Shown here one piece after another: positions 35,758-44,560 of a DNA stretch of 64,000 nucleotides (the first letter of the stretch is position 1; each line of letters begins with the position of its first letter). Source of the DNA: Akkermansiaceae bacterium (lineage in GTDB: Bacteria; Verrucomicrobiota; Verrucomicrobiia; Verrucomicrobiales; Akkermansiaceae); contig JAYTOE010000067.1 of the NCBI GenBank assembly GCA_043747935.1, forward strand, positions 22,859-86,858, given 5' to 3'. Below the pieces are notes generated by a model. That model searched no databases. It saw nothing but the letters and a program-made list of their open reading frames with translations, and was not told the DNA's origin. Position numbers and translations under genes: made by a program.

Positions 35758-38031
35758 TTGCGTGTGGATTCCGAGGAACCCGAGACCAAACCCCGCCGCC
35801 GACTCCGGTTCCTTGCTCGCTTGTTCGTCATCGGGGTTCTCGCAGCGGCCCTTGTCTGGTTCGTCCTGCCTTTCGCGTTCCAACTCCCGCCGGGCTTGGC
35901 CGTACGCCCGGTCGCCTCGCCGGTTCTGCTCGACCGCCACGGCGAGCCGATCCGTCACCTTACCTCCGAGGACTTCACTCGCGCCGCTCCGATCAGGCTT
36001 TCCGAAATTCCGCCCCGCTTGCTCGATTGCACCCTCGCCGCCGAGGACAAGCGCTTCTTCTCCCACCACGGCATCGACATTTTCGCTACCTTCCGCTCCG
36101 CCACCGATTTTCTCCGGCACCGCCGCGTGGTTTCCGGCGCATCGACCATCACCCAGCAGCTCGCGAAAATCTCCGCCCCGCCCGCGCCGCGCAAACTCGC
36201 CTCGAAATTCCGCGAAGCGATGATCGCCCGTCGCCTTGAAATGACGTGGGAGAAAGACCGCATTCTGGAGGCATATTTCGCGAGGCTCGATTACGGGAAT
36301 CTCCGCATCAGTCCCACGGAGGCGGCGCGGTTCTATTTCCAGAAACCCCTGGCCGATCTCTCGCTCGGCGAGGCAGCCCTGCTCGCCGGGCTACCGCAGG
36401 CACCCTCGCGGCTCAATCCCATCCGCCACCCGGAGCGCGCGAAGAATCGCCGGCTTATGGTTCTCGATCGTCTTGCTCAGACCGGGAAATACCCGCAAGC
36501 AGCCATCGCCCTCGCCCGCGAGGAACCGCTGCGCCTCCGGCCGCTCACGGAGACGCAGAGCGCCCCCTGGCTCAACCGCTCGCCGGGCTTCACCATCCAC
36601 GCCCGCTCCACCCTCGACCTTTCCCTTCAGGAAGACATCGAGCGCATCGTCCGCGAGGAGACTGCGAAGCTGAAGGAATCGAACCTCCGCCACGCCGCCG
36701 TGGTTGTGATTGATAACGCCAGCGGCGACATCCTCGCCATGGTATCCTCGGCCGATTGGGACGATCCGCGCGGCGGCCAGCTCCACGGCGCGATGACCCC
36801 GCGCTCGCCCGGCTCCACGTTGAAGCCGTTCACCTACCTCCTCTCCTTCCGCCACCTCGGTCATCTGCCGTGCACCGTCATCGCGGACATCCCCACGCCG
36901 CTCCGCACCGCGCAGGGCTTGCAGCTTCCGGAAAACTACGACCGCCGTTACCGCGGGCCGGTCACCATCCGTCACGCCCTCGCCTGCTCGCTCAACGTCC
37001 CCGCCCTCCGCGAGCTCGACGCCCTCGGCGGCCCGCAAAAACTCCAGTCGTTTCTCCAAATCCTCGGTATCTCCACCCTCGGCGGCAGTGCCACCGAATA
37101 CGGCCTCGGCCTCACCCTCGGCAACGCCCCCGTCCGCCTGCTGGAGCTCACCAACGCCTACGCAGCCATCGCCCGGCTCGGCATGTTCCTTCCCACCCGG
37201 CTCTTCATGGATCACGAAATCCCCGCCGGGAAAAAGCTCATCGACGCCACCCACTGCTGGCTCATCGCCGACATCCTTTCCGACAAAGCCGCCCGAGCGC
37301 CCTCCTTTTCCACCGGCGGTGCGCTCGATCTGCCTTTCACCTGCGCCGTGAAAACCGGCACCTCCTCCGACTTTCGGGACAACTGGTGCGTCGGTTTTAC
37401 CCCGGAGTTCACGGTCGGCGTCTGGGCAGGGAACTTCGAGAACCAGCCGATGAAAAACATTTCCGGAGTCTCCGGCGCGGGCCCTATTTTCCACCGCGCC
37501 CTCGTCCGCGCCCACCGCGATACGCCGCCCACCTGGTTCGCGCGACCGGATGGTTGTGAATGGGTGGAAGCCGACACCCGCACCGGTAAGCGACTCACCC
37601 CCGGGGATCATCCGACGTTCTCCGTAAAGGAATGGCTCCCGCCCGGCACGGGAATCCCCGGCGCGTCCCCAACCGATTACGACGAATCAGGCCGCGCCAA
37701 GCTCCCGCCCGTTTACGCCGACTGGTATGCCTCGGCGCAAAACCTGCGCCGCCACGAACTTTTCCTCGATCCCACCGCGCAAAACCTCACGCCCCTTGAG
37801 ATCCTCCGCCCCCGCCACAACACCACCATCCTCCTCGACCCCGAACTCCCCGGCAGCAACTCCTCGCTGAAACTCCTCACCAACCTCCCCGAGTTCACCA
37901 CCTGGGCCTGCGGAACCCTCGTGATCAAGGGCGATACCGCCAAGCTCATCGCCGGCACCCACACCCTCACCGCCACGGACACCCGCGATGGCAAGGAACA
38001 CCACATCACCATCACCGTGCAGCCCTTATGA
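35758..38031 (+). CDS. pbpC: Penicillin-binding protein 1C
   Basis: EDKRFFSHHGID, GASTITQQLAK, SPGSTLKPF (SxxK), SLN, KTGTS. Confidence 0.9.
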   Translation: MRVDSEEPETKPRRRLRFLARLFVIGVLAAALVWFVLPFAFQLPPGLAVRPVASPVLLDRHGEPIRHLTSEDFTRAAPIRLSEIPPRLLDCTLAAEDKRFFSHHGIDIFATFRSATDFLRHRRVVSGASTITQQLAKISAPPAPRKLASKFREAMIARRLEMTWEKDRILEAYFARLDYGNLRISPTEAARFYFQKPLADLSLGEAALLAGLPQAPSRLNPIRHPERAKNRRLMVLDRLAQTGKYPQAAIALAREEPLRLRPLTETQSAPWLNRSPGFTIHARSTLDLSLQEDIERIVREETAKLKESNLRHAAVVVIDNASGDILAMVSSADWDDPRGGQLHGAMTPRSPGSTLKPFTYLLSFRHLGHLPCTVIADIPTPLRTAQGLQLPENYDRRYRGPVTIRHALACSLNVPALRELDALGGPQKLQSFLQILGISTLGGSATEYGLGLTLGNAPVRLLELTNAYAAIARLGMFLPTRLFMDHEIPAGKKLIDATHCWLIADILSDKAARAPSFSTGGALDLPFTCAVKTGTSSDFRDNWCVGFTPEFTVGVWAGNFENQPMKNISGVSGAGPIFHRALVRAHRDTPPTWFARPDGCEWVEADTRTGKRLTPGDHPTFSVKEWLPPGTGIPGASPTDYDESGRAKLPPVYADWYASAQNLRRHELFLDPTAQNLTPLEILRPRHNTTILLDPELPGSNSSLKLLTNLPEFTTWACGTLVIKGDTAKLIAGTHTLTATDTRDGKEHHITITVQPL

Positions 38032-38178
38032 GGGGCAGACGTTTGGGTCTAGCACGTGTAGCGAGGGGTGAAACGGGTCAGCCTTCAAAAGCTGGAAATT
38101 TTCGTCCGCGACGCGTTGGACGCGTAAAGGCAGCTTGTCGTAAGCGTTCCAAAACTTCTTGGTAGCGTGATGGATCAA
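38026..38178 (-). pseudogene. Truncated RelE/ParE-superfamily toxin
   Basis: TTG-IHHATKKFWNAYDKLP...FQLLKADPFHPSLH, then unrelated residues and a stop at 50 aa. Confidence 0.75.
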
Positions 38179-38183
38179 TTGAT

Positions 38184-38387
38184 TCAGAGACTACGGGTTC
38201 TTCCAGCCATAAACTCCTCGATCCCCTCAGCGGCGAGCTTATCGAGCTTCCCAGCGGAAATGTCGCGTTCAATCTGCGCATCCCACTCGGCGGCCTCGAA
38301 CGATGAGAACCATTCGCGGAAGACAGCCAAGTCGTCGCGCCCCAATTGCTCCACGGCATTTTCCAGCGATGCTACAGCCCGATTCAT
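38184..38387 (-). CDS. Putative antitoxin upstream of the RelE-like remnant
   Basis: LENAVEQL...FREWF...WDAQIERDISAGKLDKLAAE pattern; clear promoter. Confidence 0.8.
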   Translation of the reverse strand: MNRAVASLENAVEQLGRDDLAVFREWFSSFEAAEWDAQIERDISAGKLDKLAAEGIEEFMAGRTRSL

Positions 38388-38393
38388 GCGGGT

Positions 38394-38422
38394 ATCATAG
38401 TATCTGGATGCTGCACGATCAA
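38394..38422 (-). promoter_or_regulatory. Promoter TTGATC-N17-TATGAT, 6 nt before the ATG (leaderless)
   Basis: Read directly. Confidence 0.7.
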
Positions 38423-38575
38423 TGCTGTTTTATTTGCAACGTTTGATGTGCGGGAAGCGGATATGTGGTTCTCACAGATATCACGTTCCCGTGGGGAGGA
38501 TTTGGAACGTGGAACAGTCGGTAATGCATAGAGGGTTCCTACTAGGGAGAGAGGCTGAAGTTTGGAGCTTTTAAC

Positions 38576-38601
38576 TACGGATTTCACGGATTTGCACGGA
38601 T
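38576..38601. repeat. (C/T)ACGGATTT short tandem repeat, 3 units
   Basis: TACGGATTT CACGGATTTG CACGGAT. Confidence 0.6.
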
Positions 38602-38618
38602 GGTGCCTCCACTTGAAG

Positions 38619-38954
38619 CTATCTTTGGGATTCGCTGTCGAGCTCCATCGCATAACGCAGTGCTGCTCGCACGTCATCCATCGCCTTCCCGTAAAATACT
38701 CCGATGGGTCCCTGTAGTTCGTGATGCTGCACAGCTTGCAAGCCCTGAACATTCGCATAGCTCTTCACCCGCAGAAAGGGTCGTGATGGTAATTCCACCT
38801 CATATGGCGATCCTCGATAGGCCGAAGTGATCGGGACACACAGGCAAAGTGTCCTCGGTGGATTTGAATCTTCGCGCGATATGGCCAACATCATCCGCAC
38901 CTTGCCACCTGCACCAAGATCGACCCGATAAACTTCACCAGGCTTAGTCGTCAT
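38619..38954 (-). CDS. PemK/MazF-family toxin
   Basis: PGEVYRVDLG...KVR..LAISR...VPITS...YEVEL; overlaps the antitoxin stop. Confidence 0.85.
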   Translation of the reverse strand: MTTKPGEVYRVDLGAGGKVRMMLAISREDSNPPRTLCLCVPITSAYRGSPYEVELPSRPFLRVKSYANVQGLQAVQHHELQGPIGVFYGKAMDDVRAALRYAMELDSESQR

Positions 38955-39171
38955 AGCATGTATCGAGTGCAGATTGTCTTGCTGTGGCCGAAAGCAAAAC
39001 ATCCGAATCAGATGGGATCTCTACCGCGAAGGGCAACCCACGCCGCATCTTGACCTGGGTAAGAAACATCCGAATGGCCTCGGTGGTCGAAATACCTAGA
39101 CATTCAAATATGGTCTCCGCTTCCTGCTTGAGGCGCGGTTCTACTCTAGCGCGGACAATAGCTTCTTTCAT
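38944..39171 (-). CDS. RelB/DinJ-family antitoxin
   Basis: IVRARVEPRLKQEAETIFECLGISTTEAIRMFLTQV...GLPFAV. Confidence 0.9.
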   Translation of the reverse strand: MKEAIVRARVEPRLKQEAETIFECLGISTTEAIRMFLTQVKMRRGLPFAVEIPSDSDVLLSATARQSALDTCYDD

Positions 39172-39177
39172 AGCTCG

Positions 39178-39205
39178 AATGTGGCACTTTCGTGCTACAG
39201 ATCAA
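39178..39205 (-). promoter_or_regulatory. TA promoter TTGATC-N16-CACATT with operator palindrome TGTAGCAC-N4-GTGCCACA
   Basis: Inverted repeat (7/8) at 39180-39199 between -35 and -10; -10 lies 6 nt before the ATG. Confidence 0.65.
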
Positions 39206-39275
39206 TGTTTATTTTGGCGCAGCATGTTCGCTTTGATCCACCGCTAGGGGCAATAGTGGAAGCAATCTCTGAAAC

Positions 39276-42251
39276 TCACTTCAGCGAGTGCAGGTATGCG
39301 ATCACATCGGCGAACTGCGGCATCGTGAGCGCATCAAGGAGATGCGGCCCCATGACAGTGGAGGCGGAGGTTTTCACCTGCGTGACATCTGCTGCCTTGA
39401 GCGTGTGTGAAATGCCGGCGATATCGCGAATGATCACCTGCGTTTCCGATTTCTCGACCAGGGTGCCCTGCGTGACGGTTCCATCTTTTAGGGTAACATC
39501 AACCCATGAGACCGCGATGCCGGCATCCGGCTTGAGGATGGCTTCGGCGATGGCTTCCCGATCCAGATGCCCGCCGATTTGGTTGAGATCCGGGCCGCGT
39601 TTCGGATCGCCTTCTCGGACGCTATGGCAAGCGATGCATGCTTGGGTTTTCATGATCTCGCCGCCCTTCGCCGGATTACCCTTCATCTTGTCGAGGTCGA
39701 GCATAATATTTTCGATGGAGATCTGGCCTATGGTTTTCTCCTTGGAACCCTCCATCTTCTCGACTTCGCCGATGCCTTCCAGACTCATTCGGTTGAGATT
39801 GGCGAGGGCGGTGATGCGGGCTTTGCCGGCTTGATCAGAGTTTTCGAAAGCGGCACGGAAAACCTTTTCGATTTCGGCGGATTTCTCCCATGACTCCGGC
39901 TTGTAGTAGGGACCGCGCGTGTCCGGCTGGGTGCCCCACCACCATGAGCCGTCGTAAGGCGCCTCGCGGGTGTAAAGCCGCGCGAGCACGGCGAGGATCT
40001 GGTTCTTTAGGTTCGCGTCGCCGGTGGAGGCGAGTTTCGCGAGCAGGCCATCGACTGCGGCGGGTTCGTGCATGTGCTTGAGTGCCATGAGGGCACCGGG
40101 ACGCTGCTCGCCATCGATCGCAGCGAGGCAGGCATCGACTGCTTTCAGGCGAACCAAAGCGTGCACTGCGAGATGAGGGATGATGGTTGGTGAGTTCGGC
40201 GTGGCATGGAGTGCGATATCAGGGTTTGCTCCCGGAGGTGGCTCGGAAAGCAGTTTGAACGAGACGACCGAATCGGCGTTCTTGGTGGCGCAGAGTGCGG
40301 CCGTAACGGTGAGGCTCTGCATGGCACCGGGAATCACGTAGTGGATGATGGAGCGCGAATGCGTGCCGATTCCCTGCGTGAACGGCTGGCCGTCGGCGCG
40401 CGTGAGCGGACTGCCGTTGGGAGCCTTGTTCACCTCTGTCTTGCCCCATCCTTGGCTTGCGGATTTCCATTTCAGTTGGGTGAGAGGGACTGCTTTTCCA
40501 TCACGGTTGGTGAGGATCGGATCGAACCAACCTGCGTGATCCCCACCGTTTCCGTTACCGCCTTCTTCGACGACCAAGTAAAGGTTGTTGACGCCAACCA
40601 GGCTGACATTGATCGCCGCAGTCTGGTTGCCGGTGATGTTGCCGCTCTCGAAAAGCGGCGGCTTGGGTGCCGATGCCGCATCTTTCGGCAGGCCGGGAGG
40701 GTTGGCCACGGCGAGGAGTGCCCCAGCGGCTTCCATTTTTCCGAGGCGTCCCAGCGAAACCGCAGCGACGGCCTTGACGCGCGGGGTTCCGCTTTTCAGA
40801 GCGTCGAGGAAGGGCGCGGGCGGGACTTCATCGAGTTCCGTGAGGCGGTCGGTGAGGGCTCGCAGGGCGAATTCCTTCACGGCATCGTCCTTGGCGAGAT
40901 CGAGCAGCGCGGGGCTGGCCTTCGCGCCGAGCAGTTGCTTGTAGGTGAAAATGGCGGCGATTCTATGATAGAGAGGCTTGCTTGCATCTTTTGCCAAGGC
41001 GAGCGCCTGAACGGCCGCATCCTTGTCGCCGCGAGTTAGGATTTCCTGCTGGCTCGCGAGTCGTGCCGTCGCGCTCGGCGAGTCCAATCCCTTCGCAAGC
41101 GCCGCGACATCCAGCTTCGTCAGATCTGGAAACGCTTTGTAGCTCCAGCCCTGCGGAACCACGCGCTGGACGAATCCACGAGCCGGATTGCCCTTGTATC
41201 CGGCACCTTCCCAAGCGGCGATGTAGATCCTGCCGGAGCCATCGACATCCAGATCGGTCGGCTGCGAGAGTCCGATGAAATCCTCAGGCTTCTGCGTGAA
41301 CGACGGGCCGTCCGGGGTCAGGCGGTGGATGAAAATCTGGTTCCGACCCCAATCCACCATCATCGGCTGGCGGTTGTATTTTTCCGGCCAACCGGGTTCA
41401 TCCAGGAAAAGGGAACCCGTTCCGGAGCCGCCGCCGAGGTCTTCGAGCGCCGGGAGAATCTCATCGGTGAAATTCTTGAAAAGAATGGGATAGCCATACT
41501 CACCGGACTGGATGTGGTGGGAGAAGCGGACGTTCCAGCCGCCGCCGTCATTCGTGTTTTCACGGGTGAAGAGATTGAGCTGCGGGTCGATCGCGACATC
41601 GTAGATGTTCCGGGTGCCATGGGTGTAAATCTCCATCCCCGAACCATCGGGACGGACACGCACCACGCCTCCGCCGAGCATGGTCAATATTTTCCCATCG
41701 GTTCCTGTGGCATTCACGAAACCGAAATCGCCGACTGCGATATAGATCCAGCCGTCGATGCCCATGCTGATCCCGTTTGTCGTGTGGTCTGCTCCGCGAT
41801 CCTGGTTGTGCTTCGCAACCGAGATGTCCTTGATGAGAATTTTCGGCGGGCCATCGGCCACCCCGTCGCGGTTCTTGTCTTCGAGGACGGAGAGATGCAT
41901 GCCGCTGAGTATCCCCGTTTCGGCGGGAATCACGGTGTGGAGGACGTAGAGTTTATCGCCCAAGGAGATCAGCCCGCGCGGGTTGTCGATTATCGCGTAA
42001 ACGGTGTGTGAATCGGCTTTCCCGTCATGGTCGGAATCGACCAGTCGCACGATGCTGCCCTTGCCGGCGCCCTTGCCGAGTGATCCGAGCAGGTCAACTC
42101 CCACATAAACCTCACCCGTCGCGGCGGCGGCGAGGCAGGCGGGTGAGGGTGTCAGATCGCTACCGGAGAATTTCGAGAAACTCAGATCGGCGGGATTGGC
42201 GACGGCGCAGGCCGCTAGCGCGATCCAGAGAAAGGGGATGGGATTTTTCAT
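39276..42251 (-). CDS. PVC-type heme-binding protein: beta-propeller dehydrogenase-like domain, HEAT repeats, NPCBM-like domain, C-terminal cytochrome c
   Basis: Signal peptide MKNPIPF; GIDGWIYIAVGD; GTRNIYD; GIGTHS; CIACH; start at ATG 42251. Confidence 0.85.
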   Translation of the reverse strand: MKNPIPFLWIALAACAVANPADLSFSKFSGSDLTPSPACLAAAATGEVYVGVDLLGSLGKGAGKGSIVRLVDSDHDGKADSHTVYAIIDNPRGLISLGDKLYVLHTVIPAETGILSGMHLSVLEDKNRDGVADGPPKILIKDISVAKHNQDRGADHTTNGISMGIDGWIYIAVGDFGFVNATGTDGKILTMLGGGVVRVRPDGSGMEIYTHGTRNIYDVAIDPQLNLFTRENTNDGGGWNVRFSHHIQSGEYGYPILFKNFTDEILPALEDLGGGSGTGSLFLDEPGWPEKYNRQPMMVDWGRNQIFIHRLTPDGPSFTQKPEDFIGLSQPTDLDVDGSGRIYIAAWEGAGYKGNPARGFVQRVVPQGWSYKAFPDLTKLDVAALAKGLDSPSATARLASQQEILTRGDKDAAVQALALAKDASKPLYHRIAAIFTYKQLLGAKASPALLDLAKDDAVKEFALRALTDRLTELDEVPPAPFLDALKSGTPRVKAVAAVSLGRLGKMEAAGALLAVANPPGLPKDAASAPKPPLFESGNITGNQTAAINVSLVGVNNLYLVVEEGGNGNGGDHAGWFDPILTNRDGKAVPLTQLKWKSASQGWGKTEVNKAPNGSPLTRADGQPFTQGIGTHSRSIIHYVIPGAMQSLTVTAALCATKNADSVVSFKLLSEPPPGANPDIALHATPNSPTIIPHLAVHALVRLKAVDACLAAIDGEQRPGALMALKHMHEPAAVDGLLAKLASTGDANLKNQILAVLARLYTREAPYDGSWWWGTQPDTRGPYYKPESWEKSAEIEKVFRAAFENSDQAGKARITALANLNRMSLEGIGEVEKMEGSKEKTIGQISIENIMLDLDKMKGNPAKGGEIMKTQACIACHSVREGDPKRGPDLNQIGGHLDREAIAEAILKPDAGIAVSWVDVTLKDGTVTQGTLVEKSETQVIIRDIAGISHTLKAADVTQVKTSASTVMGPHLLDALTMPQFADVIAYLHSLK

Positions 42252-42421
42252 GAATGGTGAAGGCTTAGATCGGCCACAGGGATAGGAATGATCCCACGCA
42301 ACCGCAAGCGCCGAATCTCCAATCGAATCTGCCCTTGCGGAGACGAAAGCTTGGCGCACGTTCCGCCCAGACACACTCTCGAACAGACCCAGCTTCTGCC
42401 CATCACCTTGAAGGAGAGTAG

Positions 42422-42574
42422 AAGGAAGGAGGTGTGATGATGAAAGACCTTGTTCACTACGCGCTGCCGCTGTGGCCCTTCGGCGATGTCGGGAACGGCA
42501 TCTTCGTCCGGCCGAAGCTGGAGAGGATTTTCGCCCACCGGAAAGCGGTGCTAGAGAAGCGGTTTGCGAGGTGA
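42422..42574 (+). pseudogene. C-terminal remnant of an SRPBCC-family gene
   Basis: EGGVMMKDLVHYALPLWPFG...FVRPKLERIFAHRKAVL after an in-frame TAG. Confidence 0.6.
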
Positions 42575-42645
42575 CTGCGCATTTCTGATAAACGTTTTGA
42601 CCGGGAGGCGTAGCAAAGGCAGATTTACTCACATAAACACAACTT

Positions 42646-44556
42646 ATGCCCCGTCTTTCCTTTTCCATACTGCCGCTCCTAGCGCTATCCGCTCCTCTTC
42701 ACGCGGCGGTGGATTTCGCCCACGAGGTGGTGCCGATTCTTGAGAAAAACTGCGTGGAGTGCCATAGCGGGCCGAAGGCCAAGGGCGGGCTTTCCATGGA
42801 AACCCGGGCGCTGCTGCTCGAGGCGGATGTGCTCGAGCTTGGCAAGCCGCATGATTCTCTCCTGATCGAGGTGCTCACCGCCGAGGATCCGGACGACAAG
42901 ATGCCGCCGCCGGGGAAGAAAAAGGCTCCGCTCAAGCCCGCCGAGATTGAAGTCCTGAATCGCTGGATCGCCGAGGGCGTGCCATGGACGGAAGGCTTCA
43001 CCTTTGCCAAGGAACGCTACGAGCCGCCGCTGAAACCAAGGGTCGTGAAACTGCCGTCCGGTGCCTCCGGCACGAACCCGATTGATCTTATCGTCGCCGC
43101 GCATCTTAAAAAAGAGGCCATCGAAGCGCCGCAACCCATCGATGACCGCACGTTCCTCCGCAAGGTCACGCTGGATCTGACCGGCATGCCGCCCACCCCG
43201 GAGATTCTTTCCCAACTGCCATCCGAGGGGAAACTCGACCGCGCCGCAGTGGTGGATCGCCTGTTGGCCGATAATCAGGCCTACTCGGAGCATTGGATGA
43301 CTTTCTGGAACGACCTCTTGCGCAACGAATATGTCGGCACCGGTTACATCGAGGGCGGCCGGCAGCAGGTGACGGGTTGGCTCTACCGCTCGCTGGTGGA
43401 AAACAAGCCCTTCGATGCGTTCATCCGAGAGCTGGTCGCACCGACCCCGCAATCGACCGGTTTCGTCAAGGGCATCCAGTGGCGCGGCCAGGTCAACGCA
43501 AGCCAGACGACGGAGATCCAGTTTTCCCAGAACGTCTCCCAGGTTTTTCTCGGGATCAATATGAAGTGCGCCTCCTGCCACGACAGCTTCGTGGATCGGT
43601 GGACTCTGCGCGAGGCATACGGCCTTGCCGCGATCTACTCGGAGAAACCGCTGGAGCTCACGCGTTGCGACAAGCCGACGGGTGAGATGGCCGTGGCATC
43701 GTGGATCTACCCGGAGCTGGGAAATGTCGATCCCGCCAAGCCGCGCGATGAGCGCCTCAAGCAGTTGGCAGCGCTCATCACCCACCCCGAAAACGGCCGC
43801 ACCCAGCGCACCATCGTGAACCGCCTCTGGAACCAGATGATGGGACGCGGCATCGTCCATCCCGTCGACGCGATGAACACGCCGCCCTGGAACGAAGATC
43901 TGCTCGACCTGCTCGCGAACCATCTCGTCGCCTCGAAGTATGATCTGAAAGCGGTGATGCGGCTGATCGCCACCTCGCGCACCTACCAGTCCCGCACAGA
44001 GATTCGAGGCGAGGAGGATGGCCCCTACGTGTTCCATGGCCCGGTGCGGAAACGCATGACCGCCGAGCAGTTCCTCGACTCGATCCGCGGCGTGACCGGT
44101 GTCTGGCCGGAGCCGGACAAGGACGCGTTTGCGAAAGGCCTCACCGGCGGACAGCTCGCGGTGGTGATGGATGTGCACGGCCTGGAGAAATGGGACGGCA
44201 GGCCGGTGCGCGCTGTGTTCGCGAAACGCGATGAGCTGCAGGCCGCGCTGGGTCGGCCGAACCGCGAGCAGATCGTTTCATCCCGCCCCGATATCCTCAC
44301 CACCCTGGAGGCGATCAATCTTGCCAACGGCCCGGAACTCGCCGGGCTTCTCAAAACCGGAGCTGCAAAGCTCCAAGGCGGTTTGCCGCCCCGCGATCTG
44401 ATCGAGAACACCTATGAGGCCGCGCTCTCGCGCAAGCCCTCGGATTCCGAAGTCCGCATAGCCACCGAAATCCTCGGCGCAACACCCAACGCGGAGGCGA
44501 CGGAGGATTTCCTCTGGTCCGTCTTCATGCTCCCCGAATTCATCTACATCAATTGA
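42646..44556 (+). CDS. Planctomycete cytochrome c plus DUF1549/DUF1553 (PSD1) protein
   Basis: CVECHSG, NPIDLIV, FWNDLL, CASCHD, VNRLWNQMMGRG, RKRMTAEQ. Confidence 0.9.
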   Translation: MPRLSFSILPLLALSAPLHAAVDFAHEVVPILEKNCVECHSGPKAKGGLSMETRALLLEADVLELGKPHDSLLIEVLTAEDPDDKMPPPGKKKAPLKPAEIEVLNRWIAEGVPWTEGFTFAKERYEPPLKPRVVKLPSGASGTNPIDLIVAAHLKKEAIEAPQPIDDRTFLRKVTLDLTGMPPTPEILSQLPSEGKLDRAAVVDRLLADNQAYSEHWMTFWNDLLRNEYVGTGYIEGGRQQVTGWLYRSLVENKPFDAFIRELVAPTPQSTGFVKGIQWRGQVNASQTTEIQFSQNVSQVFLGINMKCASCHDSFVDRWTLREAYGLAAIYSEKPLELTRCDKPTGEMAVASWIYPELGNVDPAKPRDERLKQLAALITHPENGRTQRTIVNRLWNQMMGRGIVHPVDAMNTPPWNEDLLDLLANHLVASKYDLKAVMRLIATSRTYQSRTEIRGEEDGPYVFHGPVRKRMTAEQFLDSIRGVTGVWPEPDKDAFAKGLTGGQLAVVMDVHGLEKWDGRPVRAVFAKRDELQAALGRPNREQIVSSRPDILTTLEAINLANGPELAGLLKTGAAKLQGGLPPRDLIENTYEAALSRKPSDSEVRIATEILGATPNAEATEDFLWSVFMLPEFIYIN

Positions 44557-44560
44557 AGCC

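Noticed and set aside
42252-42668. 139-aa N-terminal extension of the heme protein
   Set aside because: The signal peptide starts at 42251; the extension overlaps the SRPBCC remnant and the next gene
42685-44178. 497-aa minus-strand ORF and similar long antisense ORFs (2671-3492, 7631-8578, 23957-25162, 31106-32062, 36391-37611, 47926-49122)
   Set aside because: Each lies opposite a well-supported gene and reads as a typical antisense frame
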